Shown here in pieces: positions 33,010 to 43,363 of a stretch of DNA of 64,000 nucleotides. The notes under the pieces were generated by a model that was not told the DNA's origin, made no database searches, and worked only from the letters and a program-made list of their open reading frames with translations. The position numbers and the translations under genes were made by a program. Location: NCBI GenBank assembly GCA_963758525.1, contig CAVWVQ010000003.1:3872001-3936000 (forward strand). Reading direction: 5' to 3'. How positions within the stretch are numbered: position 1 is the first letter of the stretch; every line of letters starts with the position of its first letter. The stretch is from an uncultured Phycisphaerales bacterium (GTDB taxonomy: Bacteria > Planctomycetota > Phycisphaerae > Tepidisphaerales > Tepidisphaeraceae).

Positions 33010-34076
33010 TAATCCATCGTCTCCGCCAGATGCTGCAGCATTCGAATTCCCACGATCCGCCCGGCTTTTTGCAGCGCCGTTTTGCCCGCAATGTTTTCCG
33101 CGAGATCGACCGCCCGCGTCGTTTCGCGATCCGTGTAGACAATTTTGCCGCTGTTGCGATTGGAGATTTTCACTTCGATTCGAGCCTCGCAACTGACAAG
33201 GTCGCCGATGCGGGCGGCAAACTCGCTGAATGCCTCGCCGCTCACAATCAGCTTGACTCCGCCGTTGGCCTGGTCTCGCGCATCATCATCGATGATCGTG
33301 AAACCGCACTCGCCGAAGACGCTGCGGATCTCCGTCTCGGCGGCGGGATCGAGCTTCGCGAGCGGCGCTGGCGAGATGTGTCGTTCCTGGATCTGGATCG
33401 AAACCTTCGGCAGCTTCTTCCCGGCAAACAGCTTCTTCAGCTCCGGCAGCGGGTCCTTCCCCGCGTCCGGCTGCGCCACCAGCTTCGGACCCGCTTCGCG
33501 AAGCCGCGCTGCCACTTTCTCGGAGAGCTTCATCAGCAGATCGCCAACGTCCGCGTCCTTGTCCCCTTTTACAAGTACCCCATCCACCAGGCTCGTCTCA
33601 GTCCCGATCAGCTTGGCGGTAAAGAACAGTTGCTTGTCGAGCGGAAACACCTTTCCCGTGATCAAAATGCGGGCGCCGACGAGCTTGCCAATCTGGATCG
33701 CCTGGCCCGACGTGACCAGCCCGGTGCGATTCAGCTCGGTTTCCGCCAGGGTGTGCGCAATCGAGGCGCGGTCCACCAGGACAAACCCGGGTTCACCGCT
33801 CAATGTGGCCGTCAGCGCTTCGCCGATCTGCTTGCCAAGCTCCGGATTTGCGGAACTGGAATCGAAGTCCAGCACTGCGATCGTCAACGAATCCCTGGTG
33901 ACGCCATCGGAACTGTTTGATGCCGGCGATGTCGTTGCCGGCGATGTTGTCGCTGTCGTCGTCGGTGACGTCGTCGCACCCTCCGCCGCTGGCGGCGCAG
34001 AAGCGGCGATGGGGTTGCTCAGGGGCCACGCCAGCAGGCAAACCAGAGTCCCTATCGGCAATTGTCTGCAACTCAT
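33009..34076 (-). CDS. Secreted CsgG/HfaB-like domain protein
   Basis: Signal peptide, T/S/P linker, IAVLDF...LVDRASI...E.EL...IGKLVGARILITG. Confidence 0.75.
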   Translation of the reverse strand: MSCRQLPIGTLVCLLAWPLSNPIAASAPPAAEGATTSPTTTATTSPATTSPASNSSDGVTRDSLTIAVLDFDSSSANPELGKQIGEALTATLSGEPGFVLVDRASIAHTLAETELNRTGLVTSGQAIQIGKLVGARILITGKVFPLDKQLFFTAKLIGTETSLVDGVLVKGDKDADVGDLLMKLSEKVAARLREAGPKLVAQPDAGKDPLPELKKLFAGKKLPKVSIQIQERHISPAPLAKLDPAAETEIRSVFGECGFTIIDDDARDQANGGVKLIVSGEAFSEFAARIGDLVSCEARIEVKISNRNSGKIVYTDRETTRAVDLAENIAGKTALQKAGRIVGIRMLQHLAETMD

Positions 34077-35104
34077 AATTGACCTCCAGGCAAGAGCAGA
34101 ACGCTTGCCGGCGGCGGGGGCCCGGCGGGCCGGGTCGATGCCCGCTGGCTGGGCCTGGGCGTGGGCTCGGGAGGTGAGAGCAGATAATCCATGGCGTTGA
34201 CCAGCAGCAGTTGTGCCCGAGGATCCTTCGTCCATTCCGTCAGCGGGAGCTGGCAAATAACAATCCGCCCTTTTCCAACCGCCTTGCTGACCAGCAGCGC
34301 GTCGATGGAAACCGGCGCCGTACCCGGAACCTCGCGCGGCCACGCCGCGATCGCCAGTGCCGGTTCATCGGCAGGCAGACGCACGGGCAAAAAACTCTCC
34401 GCCGCGCCTGCGATCGACTTCAGCATTGTCGCATCCATTCCGCGAAGCAGCGCATGATCCGCAAGCCATTCCAGGCGCACCGGAGCATTTCGCCGCACGA
34501 GGTCATAGCCGTCCACAGTGTCGCTGCGCCCCTGATAAAAAAACATGACCGATGCGCCCGCGTGCGCCAGCTCAATGAGCGGCCCGGCCGTGAATGGCGA
34601 ATCGTCGAGCATATCAGATCCAACCAACACCGCTTGCGGCCGCAGAAACGCGAGCTTGGAAAGATTCGTCACCCGTGTATACGCTGCCTTTGCCTGATCC
34701 AGCGCGCCGCTTAAACCCTCCCCGTTGTCCCATACCGCGATTCGGCTCCGCCCGATGCGCCGGTTCAAACCATCTAACAAGGAGCTGGGGAAAATCTCGA
34801 TCGGCGTCTCGCCGTGGTCGAGCTCCTTCCCCCCCGCGTGCGCTGTCAGCGTGTATTTCCATCGCATGGTCACCGGCACGCGAACCTCGGGCGGCGTAAG
34901 GCGAATTTCCGTCGTTCCGGGGTCCGGCAGCATCGCGGTGTTCCCCCAAGCCACCCTGGTCCCGCCCAGCTCCAGTTCCCACCTCAGATCTGCAGCGGGC
35001 TGCCCCCCCCTCGCAGCCCACTGCAGACCGATGTCGTTTTGATCGCCACCAATCCAAAAGCCCTGATGGGAAAGTAGAATGATGACGACGACTGCCCCGC
35101 TCAC
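34073..35104 (-). CDS. Hypothetical secreted protein
   Basis: Long ORF coupled by 4-nt overlaps to both neighbours; GTG start inferred. Confidence 0.65.
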   Translation of the reverse strand: MSGAVVVIILLSHQGFWIGGDQNDIGLQWAARGGQPAADLRWELELGGTRVAWGNTAMLPDPGTTEIRLTPPEVRVPVTMRWKYTLTAHAGGKELDHGETPIEIFPSSLLDGLNRRIGRSRIAVWDNGEGLSGALDQAKAAYTRVTNLSKLAFLRPQAVLVGSDMLDDSPFTAGPLIELAHAGASVMFFYQGRSDTVDGYDLVRRNAPVRLEWLADHALLRGMDATMLKSIAGAAESFLPVRLPADEPALAIAAWPREVPGTAPVSIDALLVSKAVGKGRIVICQLPLTEWTKDPRAQLLLVNAMDYLLSPPEPTPRPSQRASTRPAGPPPPASVLLLPGGQL

Positions 35105-35970
35105 GGCGTCCCTCCCGACGAAAGCCGCGCTCGCGCGAAACCGACATTCAACACGTATTTCCCCGAGACCGTCGAAAGCTCCCCGGCCGTGCGCTTCTCC
35201 CCCGATTGCAGCCGCAAATCGGTCGACAACGCCGCCAGCGGCTCGGAGCCGGTCGGTTTGCGGATTTCCGCCCACAGCGAAAGATGCGTCGGTTCATCAA
35301 TCGACGTCCCCACCCGGTAGTGAAGCGATGTGCCGTTCTCCAGCGGCACCGTGAGGTTGGCGGTCTGCCCGGGAATTGCCACCAGGTCCGCCTCCGACAC
35401 CTTTTCGCCCCCGGCAAGCAATGAAAATCGGAGCAACAACACTTTGTCCGCGTCGACCGCGCGATCAGCCACGCCAACATCCGATGCCCGGTCCGAAACC
35501 AGGATCCACCCCGCCCGGCCCTCCAGCACCTGCGACACCTCGTGAAACGCGCTCACTTCGTGCGTGATATCCCCGGGCGTAAACGACGCATCGCTCTCCC
35601 GCGGACGCGACGTCGCTCCCGTCATGGCCAGGCCCGAGGCGGGTGCTGATCGGCCGCCCTGCAGCCTTCCAAATTCAAATGCCCCGGCAACGATCAACAC
35701 CGAAGCGGCGATCGCCATCGGCCAGCGCCACGAATGACCGGTCGCAAGTGCTCTTGCCTCCAGCCGATCTTCAAACGCATCCCACCCGCCTTGCGGCGTC
35801 GCCTGATCGCCCGGCGAATCGAACGCGTCGCGAAAGACGTCGAAATCGCCGATTGCCTCCCGGCATTGGGCGCACGTTTCGAGATGCTTCAACGCCCTGG
35901 CGGCCCGCTCGCGATCAGCCGCTCCCCAGCCCAGTTCCAGCAGAGTTTCACGAATCGATTCACAGGTCAT
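35101..35970 (-). CDS. Putative anti-sigma factor (zf-HC2-like N-terminus + TM helix)
   Basis: MTCE...HLETCAQC; TM segment WPMAIAASVLIVAGAF; directly downstream of an ECF sigma. Confidence 0.75.
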   Translation of the reverse strand: MTCESIRETLLELGWGAADRERAARALKHLETCAQCREAIGDFDVFRDAFDSPGDQATPQGGWDAFEDRLEARALATGHSWRWPMAIAASVLIVAGAFEFGRLQGGRSAPASGLAMTGATSRPRESDASFTPGDITHEVSAFHEVSQVLEGRAGWILVSDRASDVGVADRAVDADKVLLLRFSLLAGGEKVSEADLVAIPGQTANLTVPLENGTSLHYRVGTSIDEPTHLSLWAEIRKPTGSEPLAALSTDLRLQSGEKRTAGELSTVSGKYVLNVGFARARLSSGGTP

Positions 35971-36526
35971 TGGATTCTCTTTCCGTCTCGCCCGTCACAC
36001 CTCGCCAGTCTGCCAGCAGCCCCCGCAACAGCTTCATTCCCAGGTGCATCTTTTTGGAAACCTCCGCCGCGCTGCATCCGAGCAGTTGTGCCGTTTCATT
36101 TCCCGACACCTTTTCGATGAGTCGCAGCACCACCACCAGCCGGATGTTTTCCGGAAGCCGTTCGATCGCCTTGAGCACGGCCTCCCGCACCTCAGCCAAC
36201 CCCGCTTCCGGCCCGACCGCGATCTCACTCACGGCCGCCGCATGTTCCTCCAGCACCCGCTGTTCCACCCGCTGGCGCTCGCGCACCCGCAGACTGTCGT
36301 TCAGCACGGTCCGCGCAAGCCAGCTCCGCAGTTTCGCCGCGTCCCTCAGTTGCGCGCGACCTTCCCACGCCGCGGCCAGCGCCCGTTGAACGCTATCCTC
36401 CGCGTCCGCGGCATTGCGCAGAACGCCATACGCAACGCGAAAAAACAGCCGCCCGTTGTGCCGAGCCTGATCGGCCAACAGGATCCGCCAATTCGCGTCC
36501 GACTCATGCCGCCCAAACAAACTCAC
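35960..36526 (-). CDS. ECF sigma factor; start uncertain
   Basis: FRVAYGVLRNAADAEDSVQ...SWLARTVLN...LPENIRLVVVLR...ETAQLLG. Confidence 0.85.
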   Translation of the reverse strand: MSLFGRHESDANWRILLADQARHNGRLFFRVAYGVLRNAADAEDSVQRALAAAWEGRAQLRDAAKLRSWLARTVLNDSLRVRERQRVEQRVLEEHAAAVSEIAVGPEAGLAEVREAVLKAIERLPENIRLVVVLRLIEKVSGNETAQLLGCSAAEVSKKMHLGMKLLRGLLADWRGVTGETERESNDL

Positions 36527-36707
36527 GCGGGCTGCCCTTCCCGTCTTGCCCCGCTCACGACATAAGAGCAGCGAGGCACGCATCTTTTTCCAAAAATCTT
36601 CGCCATCCGCAATTTCCCTCAAAGCCGGGGCCGGTGGGACCCGTCGTGCATTTGACGTTGCGTGCGGGGGAGCGATCAAGGCCATCTTCCACATACAGCC
36701 TTGATGA

Positions 36708-37839
36708 GTTTCAATCCACGCCCGTGAGGGGCGACTGACTGCTGGGCATCCAGCATCGCCGCTGAAACGCGTTTCGATCCACGCTCCCGTGAGGGAGCGA
36801 CGGGGGCGGTGCTGTTGCCGCTCTCCTTTAGAGCGTTTCAATCCACGCTCCCGTGAGGGAGCGACCAAGGGACACCCCGCCGAAAGACACCACAACAAGT
36901 TTCAATCCACGCTCCCGTGAGGGAGCGACGATGGAGAAGGCAAGCGCCGCGGTCGGGACGTTTCAATCCACGCTCCCGTGAGGGAGCGACTCTCGCCAGT
37001 CGTGTCCGATTTTGCAAACACGATGGTTTCAATCCACGCTCCCGTGAGGGAGCGACATGGTCATAGCCGGTGCGCACATACGTCCAAGATGTTTCAATCC
37101 ACGCTCCCGTGAGGGAGCGACGGGACGCCTATGTAATCGTCGCGTTCGCGAGATGTTTCAATCCACGCTCCCGTGAGGGAGCGACCTACGCTGCAGTGTC
37201 CGGCCTGCGGAGACATCGTGTTTCAATCCACGCTCCCGTGAGGGAGCGACTGGTGCCGGCGGTGCGTATCTCTGCTTCTCCGATGTTTCAATCCACGCTC
37301 CCGTGAGGGAGCGACATGTCCGCAGCCTGTTCAGCATTTGGCTGCTGCGTGTTTCAATCCACGCTCCCGTGAGGGAGCGACATGCGATCTCGCGGCTGAC
37401 GCCCATCTTGACGAGTTTCAATCCACGCTCCCGTGAGGGAGCGACCTCAACGTACTGTATCCGCTTGCTGGACATCGATCGCTGTTTCAATCCACGCTCC
37501 CGTGAGGGAGCGACAATCTGCTTCCTCGGCGACATGCCGTAGCTGGTGTTTCAATCCACGCTCCCGTGAGGGAGCGACCGTTTCAATTCCATGATGGAGC
37601 GGCCGTTTGCACGGTTTCAATCCACGCTCCCGTGAGGGAGCGACCCGCCGCGTTCGCCTCGATTCGCTCGCGTCGCATGTTTCAATCCACGCTCCCGTGA
37701 GGGAGCGACGCTGTCCACCGAAATGCTGATTTGCCAGTCTCCGGTTTCAATCCACGCTCCCGTGAGGGAGCGACCGCTCCGAAGCAGCCACCACGTCTGA
37801 CGTCAAAGGTTTCAATCCACGCTCCCGTGAGGGAGCGAC
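36708..37839 (-). CRISPR. CRISPR array: 18 repeats (31 nt, GTCGCTCCCTCACGGGAGCGTGGATTGAAAC) and 17 spacers of 30-38 nt, type I-C-like
   Basis: Repeats counted by eye at 36708, 36771, 36835...37744, 37809. The two leftmost (trailer) copies are degenerate. Palindromic repeat with ATTGAAAC 3' end; leader side faces cas2. Confidence 0.97.
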
Positions 37840-38026
37840 GCCTCTCTTGTATCCTCTGGGCGCTTCAGCGGCAAAACGCGTCTGCCCGCGTATGCGGGCA
37901 GACGCGTTGTCACACGACGTGGTGTGCATCACCGAATTTCTCTATTCACTTGTCAAAGAACGTGTTATCGCAATCGCGAAGGATGCGGGTCTGATGAAAG
38001 CGCTGGCGGTTCGCGAAATCGTAACT
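37840..38026 (-). promoter_or_regulatory. CRISPR leader
   Basis: Non-coding and partly AT-richer, between the cas2 stop and the first intact repeat. Confidence 0.7.
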
Positions 38027-38317
38027 TTAGACGATCAATGGCCCCTGGAGGTCGGTCGATGGTTTGGCCCCGTGATGCTCAACGCGCCGGCGCCAGTTCG
38101 ATCCGAGATAGTAGAAGCGCAGGCTGTCCTCCTTGCCGTTGAAAATATCCAGCAATTGCAATTTCAGCGTCGCCCACTGCGCGGGGTCCACCTGGCACTC
38201 GAAAACAGAGTTCTGCACGCGCTGGCCGAAGTCGAGGCATGTTTTGGCGACGCGAGACAGCCGGCGACGGCCGATGGGAGTCGTGGTGGCGACGTCATAG
38301 GTTACCAATACCATCAT
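38027..38317 (-). CDS. cas2: CRISPR-associated endoribonuclease Cas2
   Basis: MMVLVTYDV...[11 protein letters not shown]...DSLRFY. Confidence 0.97.
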   Translation of the reverse strand: MMVLVTYDVATTTPIGRRRLSRVAKTCLDFGQRVQNSVFECQVDPAQWATLKLQLLDIFNGKEDSLRFYYLGSNWRRRVEHHGAKPSTDLQGPLIV

Positions 38318-38336
38318 ACGCGACGCTCCTGGCGGC

Positions 38337-39371
38337 TCATTTCCAGATGAAGGGCGGATACGCGTCCAGGTCGTTCCGCAGGTAGCGGGCCAGCAGCCGG
38401 GCCTGCAGGTGCGGGAGCAGGCCGACGCTCACCTTCTCGCCGAGAAACGGGTGCATCAGCTCCTCCTGCTTCCGTTTTTGATAGGCGACGAGAACCGCCT
38501 TGCGGGTGGCGTCGTTCATCATCACCGCGCCGTTCTCGGCGGTCTGGAATCCGCTGCCGGAAATCTGCCGGCGATTGATGAGCGATAGCGCCAGCCGGTC
38601 GGCGAGAAACGGGCGGAATTCTTCCATCAGGTCCAGCGCGAGCCCGGCCCGGCCGGGGCGATCGCGATGCAGGAATCCCACCTGCGGATCTAGGCCGACG
38701 GTCTGGCAGGCCGACCGCAGATCGTGGCCGAGCATCGCATAGAGGAACGAGAGCAGGGCGTTGACCGCATCAAGCGGGGGCCGGCGGTTTCGCGAACGGA
38801 AGACGAAATCCTCCTTCTGGGCGACGACCAGGTGGTCGAAGACTCCGAAGTAGCAGCTGGCCGAGTCCCCCTCGATTCCGCGGGCCGTGTCGAGCGAAAC
38901 CTCGGAAATGCGGAGTTGCTCGATGCTCTGGGCGAGGTACGCGGCGGCCTTTTCGATCTCGGCTTTGCCAAGGGTCTGCGGATAATCGCGCAGATGCCGC
39001 AGGAGCACCGACCGCGAGTTGGCCACTTTCGCGGCGATCATCGCGCGGGCGATGGCGGCGGATTGGGAATCAGATTCGGAGCGATGGTATTGCTCGCGGC
39101 GGAGCAGCACGTTACCGCTGACAAAGCCGCAGACCTGGGCGAGGAATTTGCCGTGGGAGCTGAGCAGGGAGATGCAGACGTCCCGCTCGCCGCAGAGTCC
39201 CATGAGCGATGGGCTGAGGCCGACCCGGCCGAAGCACACGATCCCGCCGAGCGTATGAATGGGGATGCGGAGTTTGGTTTGCTTCTCGACCCGCACGAGC
39301 AGCGCCTCCCCCTGGCGGGCGAGGTACGCGCCTTCGGTGGTGATGAAGAGGGTGTTGAGGTGCTGCTTCAT
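38337..39371 (-). CDS. cas1: Type I-C Cas1
   Basis: [59 protein letters not shown]. Confidence 0.97.
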   Translation of the reverse strand: MKQHLNTLFITTEGAYLARQGEALLVRVEKQTKLRIPIHTLGGIVCFGRVGLSPSLMGLCGERDVCISLLSSHGKFLAQVCGFVSGNVLLRREQYHRSESDSQSAAIARAMIAAKVANSRSVLLRHLRDYPQTLGKAEIEKAAAYLAQSIEQLRISEVSLDTARGIEGDSASCYFGVFDHLVVAQKEDFVFRSRNRRPPLDAVNALLSFLYAMLGHDLRSACQTVGLDPQVGFLHRDRPGRAGLALDLMEEFRPFLADRLALSLINRRQISGSGFQTAENGAVMMNDATRKAVLVAYQKRKQEELMHPFLGEKVSVGLLPHLQARLLARYLRNDLDAYPPFIWK

Positions 39372-39452
39372 GTTCGGTGAATGGCCGCGATTACGCGCCC
39401 ATTCGTGTTTGCACGAGCACCACGGTTGGAAAACACGTGGTACTTCAATCAG

Positions 39453-40153
39453 TCAGGGCTCCCATTGCGACCGCGCCGGCCAGCGCCGGTCCAGGTATCG
39501 CGAAGCTCCGCTCATTCCCGGCATGCACAAGCCGATCAGCGAGCAACGCTCGCACTTGCCGCGCTCATAGATCGCCGGCGGCGTGATGCGCGAGGCAATC
39601 AGCGCATGCAGACGCGTGATGGTGTTTTCCGTGAGCTGCCGAAGCGACGCGTCGAATGGCACGTCGAGCCGCCGACGGGTCTTGCCGTAAAAGAGCGCTC
39701 CGGCGGGGATGGAGCAATCCAGCATTTCCTCGAGGCACAGCGCCTTGCGCAAAGCTGGACGCGATCCGCGTCGTGCGGCTTGGGCTTGCCGCGTTTGTAT
39801 TCAATCGGGAACGGGTTTCCCGGCGCGCCGGGACTCGGGGGTTGAGGACTTCCGTCATCCAGCACCGCGCTGTTGGGCACGGGTTGGAAACCCGTGGTAC
39901 GGCGGAATTCGACGACATCGGCTTTGCCGATCAGTCCCCATCGCAGAGAGCGGAGCGGGAGGGAGCGAACGATCCGCACGCCGCCGATGGTGGTGTGCTT
40001 CCCCGAGTCGGCTCGTTCGTGCAGATGCTTGCCATGCACGGTCAGGCTGTTCTCCGCCCACGCCTGCTCGATATGAATGAGCGCGCATTGCCGATCGCAG
40101 TAGATCAGGTGCTGCAATGCGGAGATGGGGAGGAGGTCGGATTCGGGGAACAT
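39453..40153 (-). CDS. cas4: Cas4 (frameshift near 39750)
   Basis: ISALQHLIYCDRQCALIH, GKADVVEF, PIEYKRG, C-terminal CERCSLIGLC. Confidence 0.92.
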
Positions 40154-40167
40154 TTTTGCACTCGGTG

Positions 40168-42435
40168 CTAAATGACTGCTCCACCCGCGGCGACAAACGC
40201 ATCGGTGCGCAACACGCCAGCCATGATTCCGAGGAACTCAGCATCGTAGTCATCGTCCCATCCATACAATTCCCCGCGCCCAGGGAGAAGGTGTAATCCC
40301 AGCTTTTCGATCTTGGTCGCCCACAGTTGGACGCTTCCGCGCAAGAGCGCACGATAGCCAACCGGTTGAAATTGCATGAGTCGCTTCTTGAGTCGCTTAT
40401 CGACGACCACGAGCCTGGTGTCTGCAACGATGACTCGGCCGTGCTCCTTTACCGACGGATAGTCACGTTCCTTTTCAGCCTTCAACAGTTGGTCTGCCCC
40501 GAGGCCGCCCAGACGTGACAACTCGGTCCGCATCGCCTTCGTGACGATTTCCGCGGGCGTGCCGCCATCAAGCTCTCCGGTGATCAACATTTCGCGAAGC
40601 ACTTCTGCGGAAACCTTAGCCGCGGGATGTTGCGTCACGCCTGCGCCACCGAGAGCGAAGTCGTAGACGATCCCGCCACCGTCGGCGTCGTACTCGCCGT
40701 GGCGGTTTACGCGCCCCCCGACTTGGATGATCGAGGCCGCTGAGAATCGCTCGCGCAGCGCATTTCGGAACGACAGATCGACGCCAGCTTCTACACAGCT
40801 GGTTGCAACCAAGGTCCAATCTTGTTTAGGACTACCCAAACGACTCATCACTCGTCTCAGAATTCGCTCGCGGTCTCGCGGCGTGAGAGCCGTTGACAGG
40901 TGGAGAACATCCAAGTTGGCGTCGCGCATGCTCTTAGCGAGAACAGCGGCGTTCTGTACCGTGTTAACGATAATGAGACGTGGGCCGGGAATATCGCGGA
41001 TATGCCCGACCAGTTGATCGATGTCTACTGTGCGCCCCTCAGCCAGTCGGCTGTATTGGATGCGGTGACGCTCCGCTTTGAGGACATCAGTTGCTTGGTC
41101 GCGTGGCAGCAGTTCCGGCAGCCGCATCGGCTCGGACACAATTTCCGCATTTTCCCAAAATCGCGACAGGGAACCGCTTGCGAATGCGAAGCGGCAACCC
41201 CAGCGCTCGCCCAATTCCCGCATCCATCGCCAGTTCTGCGGCCAGAGCTTTGTGGGCAGCGCTGCGTGTGACTCGTCGATGAATATGGCGCTGCCGGGTA
41301 ACGCGTGCAACTTACGAAGTGATGCCGGATCGCACGCGGATAACGTCTCAAAGAAGCTCACGGCCGTGGTGAGGATGATTGGGGCCTGCCAAAGCACGGC
41401 AAGTTGGCGGTCCTCGTCGGATTCGAAGTCGGCCCGGTGGTGGTGCTCGACAATTACGCGATTCGGGCGTTCACCCCGAAGGACGAGAGCCTGTCTGAGA
41501 CGCTTTGCGGTTTGCGTCAGAATGTTTGTATAGGGGGCGACGATGATCAATCGGCGAAGGGTGGGACGCTCATCGCGCGCTAGACGAATGAGATAGGCGG
41601 CAACCGCAGTGGTCTTACCGAGGCCAACTGGACCCTCGCAGGCGACCATTGGTCCGGCTAATGTCGAATGTAGGCACGCATCGAAGAACGCGGCCCGGCG
41701 GCAATTGCGCGCACGTTCAGCATCGCCATCTCCTGTGGGCAAGCTGCGCGCGTAACTGCAAAGCGCTTCGAGCCGCTCAGCCCATCGGCACTGTGCGGGC
41801 GCGATTGGCGGTCGCCTGTTGTCGAAGAAAGCCGTATCCGTGTGGTCGGCATCAACGAGGCACGACAGCGCGAGCCGCAGCGACAGTCCGTGTATTGGTC
41901 GCCGTTTGGATACGACCTGCCGCCCGAGAACGGCTTCGTGATCGTGAAGGTATTGACTCAGGCGCGCGTTCGTTCTCGCGATCTGTTCGTTGTGCCGAAT
42001 AGGATCAATGTCGTCATGCCGCCTTCCCCGCAATCGGCGCCCGAGCTTGTCAGCATCAAAATGCTCTTGGTTCTGTGGTAATCCGGGAGCGTGGTGACCC
42101 CGGACGAGCCATGCAGCGGCCCAATCTTGCCCGGCGGACAGATGCGCTACCCCGGCGTCGATATGGTCCCATTTTAGCTTGCCGCCCGTCCGACCTTTTC
42201 GAAGCACCTTCTGAATGTCCGGGTCGAGCTTGCCAAGGTCGTGAAAGGTCGTGGCGGCTTCGATCGTCTGCACTAAATCAGAGGGCGGGTCGACCGCATG
42301 CCGGAGAAGCTCTTGAAGTCGATCGCTTGCGCCTCGGCGCACTGCGATAACATGCCGTGAATACGGATCGCCGGGCTCGCCACAGGTAGGTGGTGAGTGA
42401 GCAAGAGGGACGTGAGCGGTCGGCGCAGGCGTCAC
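40168..42435 (-). CDS. cas3: Cas3 HD nuclease-helicase
   Basis: FHDLGK, LVDADH, GLGKTT, IDESHA, VEAGVD, QVGGRVNR. Confidence 0.93.
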   Translation of the reverse strand: MTPAPTAHVPLAHSPPTCGEPGDPYSRHVIAVRRGASDRLQELLRHAVDPPSDLVQTIEAATTFHDLGKLDPDIQKVLRKGRTGGKLKWDHIDAGVAHLSAGQDWAAAWLVRGHHAPGLPQNQEHFDADKLGRRLRGRRHDDIDPIRHNEQIARTNARLSQYLHDHEAVLGRQVVSKRRPIHGLSLRLALSCLVDADHTDTAFFDNRRPPIAPAQCRWAERLEALCSYARSLPTGDGDAERARNCRRAAFFDACLHSTLAGPMVACEGPVGLGKTTAVAAYLIRLARDERPTLRRLIIVAPYTNILTQTAKRLRQALVLRGERPNRVIVEHHHRADFESDEDRQLAVLWQAPIILTTAVSFFETLSACDPASLRKLHALPGSAIFIDESHAALPTKLWPQNWRWMRELGERWGCRFAFASGSLSRFWENAEIVSEPMRLPELLPRDQATDVLKAERHRIQYSRLAEGRTVDIDQLVGHIRDIPGPRLIIVNTVQNAAVLAKSMRDANLDVLHLSTALTPRDRERILRRVMSRLGSPKQDWTLVATSCVEAGVDLSFRNALRERFSAASIIQVGGRVNRHGEYDADGGGIVYDFALGGAGVTQHPAAKVSAEVLREMLITGELDGGTPAEIVTKAMRTELSRLGGLGADQLLKAEKERDYPSVKEHGRVIVADTRLVVVDKRLKKRLMQFQPVGYRALLRGSVQLWATKIEKLGLHLLPGRGELYGWDDDYDAEFLGIMAGVLRTDAFVAAGGAVI

Positions 42436-43352
42436 CGATTACTCCATACCTTCGTGGAGAGGTCCTCGAAGTCTGCGAGGCGGTCCCGAAGCTCCTTGGG
42501 TAAGGCGGTTGGGATTTCATAATCCGAAATAGACCTTGACGGGTCGTTGATTGCTCCGTCTGTCCTCGTGGGCGTGAGGGCATCCAAGATTAACGAGTCC
42601 GGACAGGATCCCAGAGCAGATTTGTGCTCCGCGTACCATGCGTGCCGCACCTCGACGAACGGCCGAACCGCGGATGCACTATTGCGGTAGGCGTGGGGTA
42701 TTAGAAATTTCAACAGATCAATGTCATCGGTGGTGCATCCGCTCTTCCTGGCCGTCATTGGGTTGACGAAGAATGGCATTGCATAGACTCCATGGCGCAC
42801 CACGCGCCAACCAAGCGGCGCCATCCCACGATCCTTTCCTTCCTGGACCCCTGATTTGTTGGTGGTCGTCAGTCGCTCGACCTCGATTGGGGAGATACTG
42901 ATGCCCGGTCCGAACTGTACCGCACCCGTGCTGATGAAATGGTCCTTCTCGCCGGGCTTAAAATCTTTGCCCTTAATGTCTTCGAGGAACGTATTACCGA
43001 AAACGCGACCATCCCAGTACGCGCTCATGAATTCGGCAGCGCTCATCTTGAAGATCAAGTCGCGGTTCCTCCCACGGCTTTCCAAAATGCCGTATTTACG
43101 TTTGTCGCCGTTCGACATAAGGGCGAGCTTTTCTTTGGCTTCTACCCAAACCGGCCCTTGGTCGTCCGCGACCATATCGCGAAGTTTCCGCTTATACGAA
43201 ACCGGCGAGATAAGCCCTCTGCCGTCAGCGTCAAGCGTTCGCGGTTCGCTTTCAGCGTCCGGGTCTCCGTTAGGGTTGCTGTGGCGGACCTCGATTACAA
43301 GCAGGCCAGTCCCTCGATTGAGCGCGGCTTTACCATCGTTGATCGATGCCAT
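42432..43352 (-). CDS. cas7: Cas7 (Csd2/Csh2-like)
   Basis: SNPNGDPD..PR, KRKLRD, YWDGRVFG, GAVQFG. Confidence 0.9.
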   Translation of the reverse strand: MASINDGKAALNRGTGLLVIEVRHSNPNGDPDAESEPRTLDADGRGLISPVSYKRKLRDMVADDQGPVWVEAKEKLALMSNGDKRKYGILESRGRNRDLIFKMSAAEFMSAYWDGRVFGNTFLEDIKGKDFKPGEKDHFISTGAVQFGPGISISPIEVERLTTTNKSGVQEGKDRGMAPLGWRVVRHGVYAMPFFVNPMTARKSGCTTDDIDLLKFLIPHAYRNSASAVRPFVEVRHAWYAEHKSALGSCPDSLILDALTPTRTDGAINDPSRSISDYEIPTALPKELRDRLADFEDLSTKVWSNR

Positions 43353-43363
43353 GTTTTTGTCTC

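Noticed and set aside
37579..37613. Spacer beginning CGTTTCAATTCC, resembling the repeat end; also possible self-targeting spacers
   Set aside because: The short similarity is compatible with chance. I saw no protospacer match in the window by eye, but this was not an exhaustive search.
36838..37994. ORFs across the CRISPR array
   Set aside because: Spurious translations of repeats and spacers.
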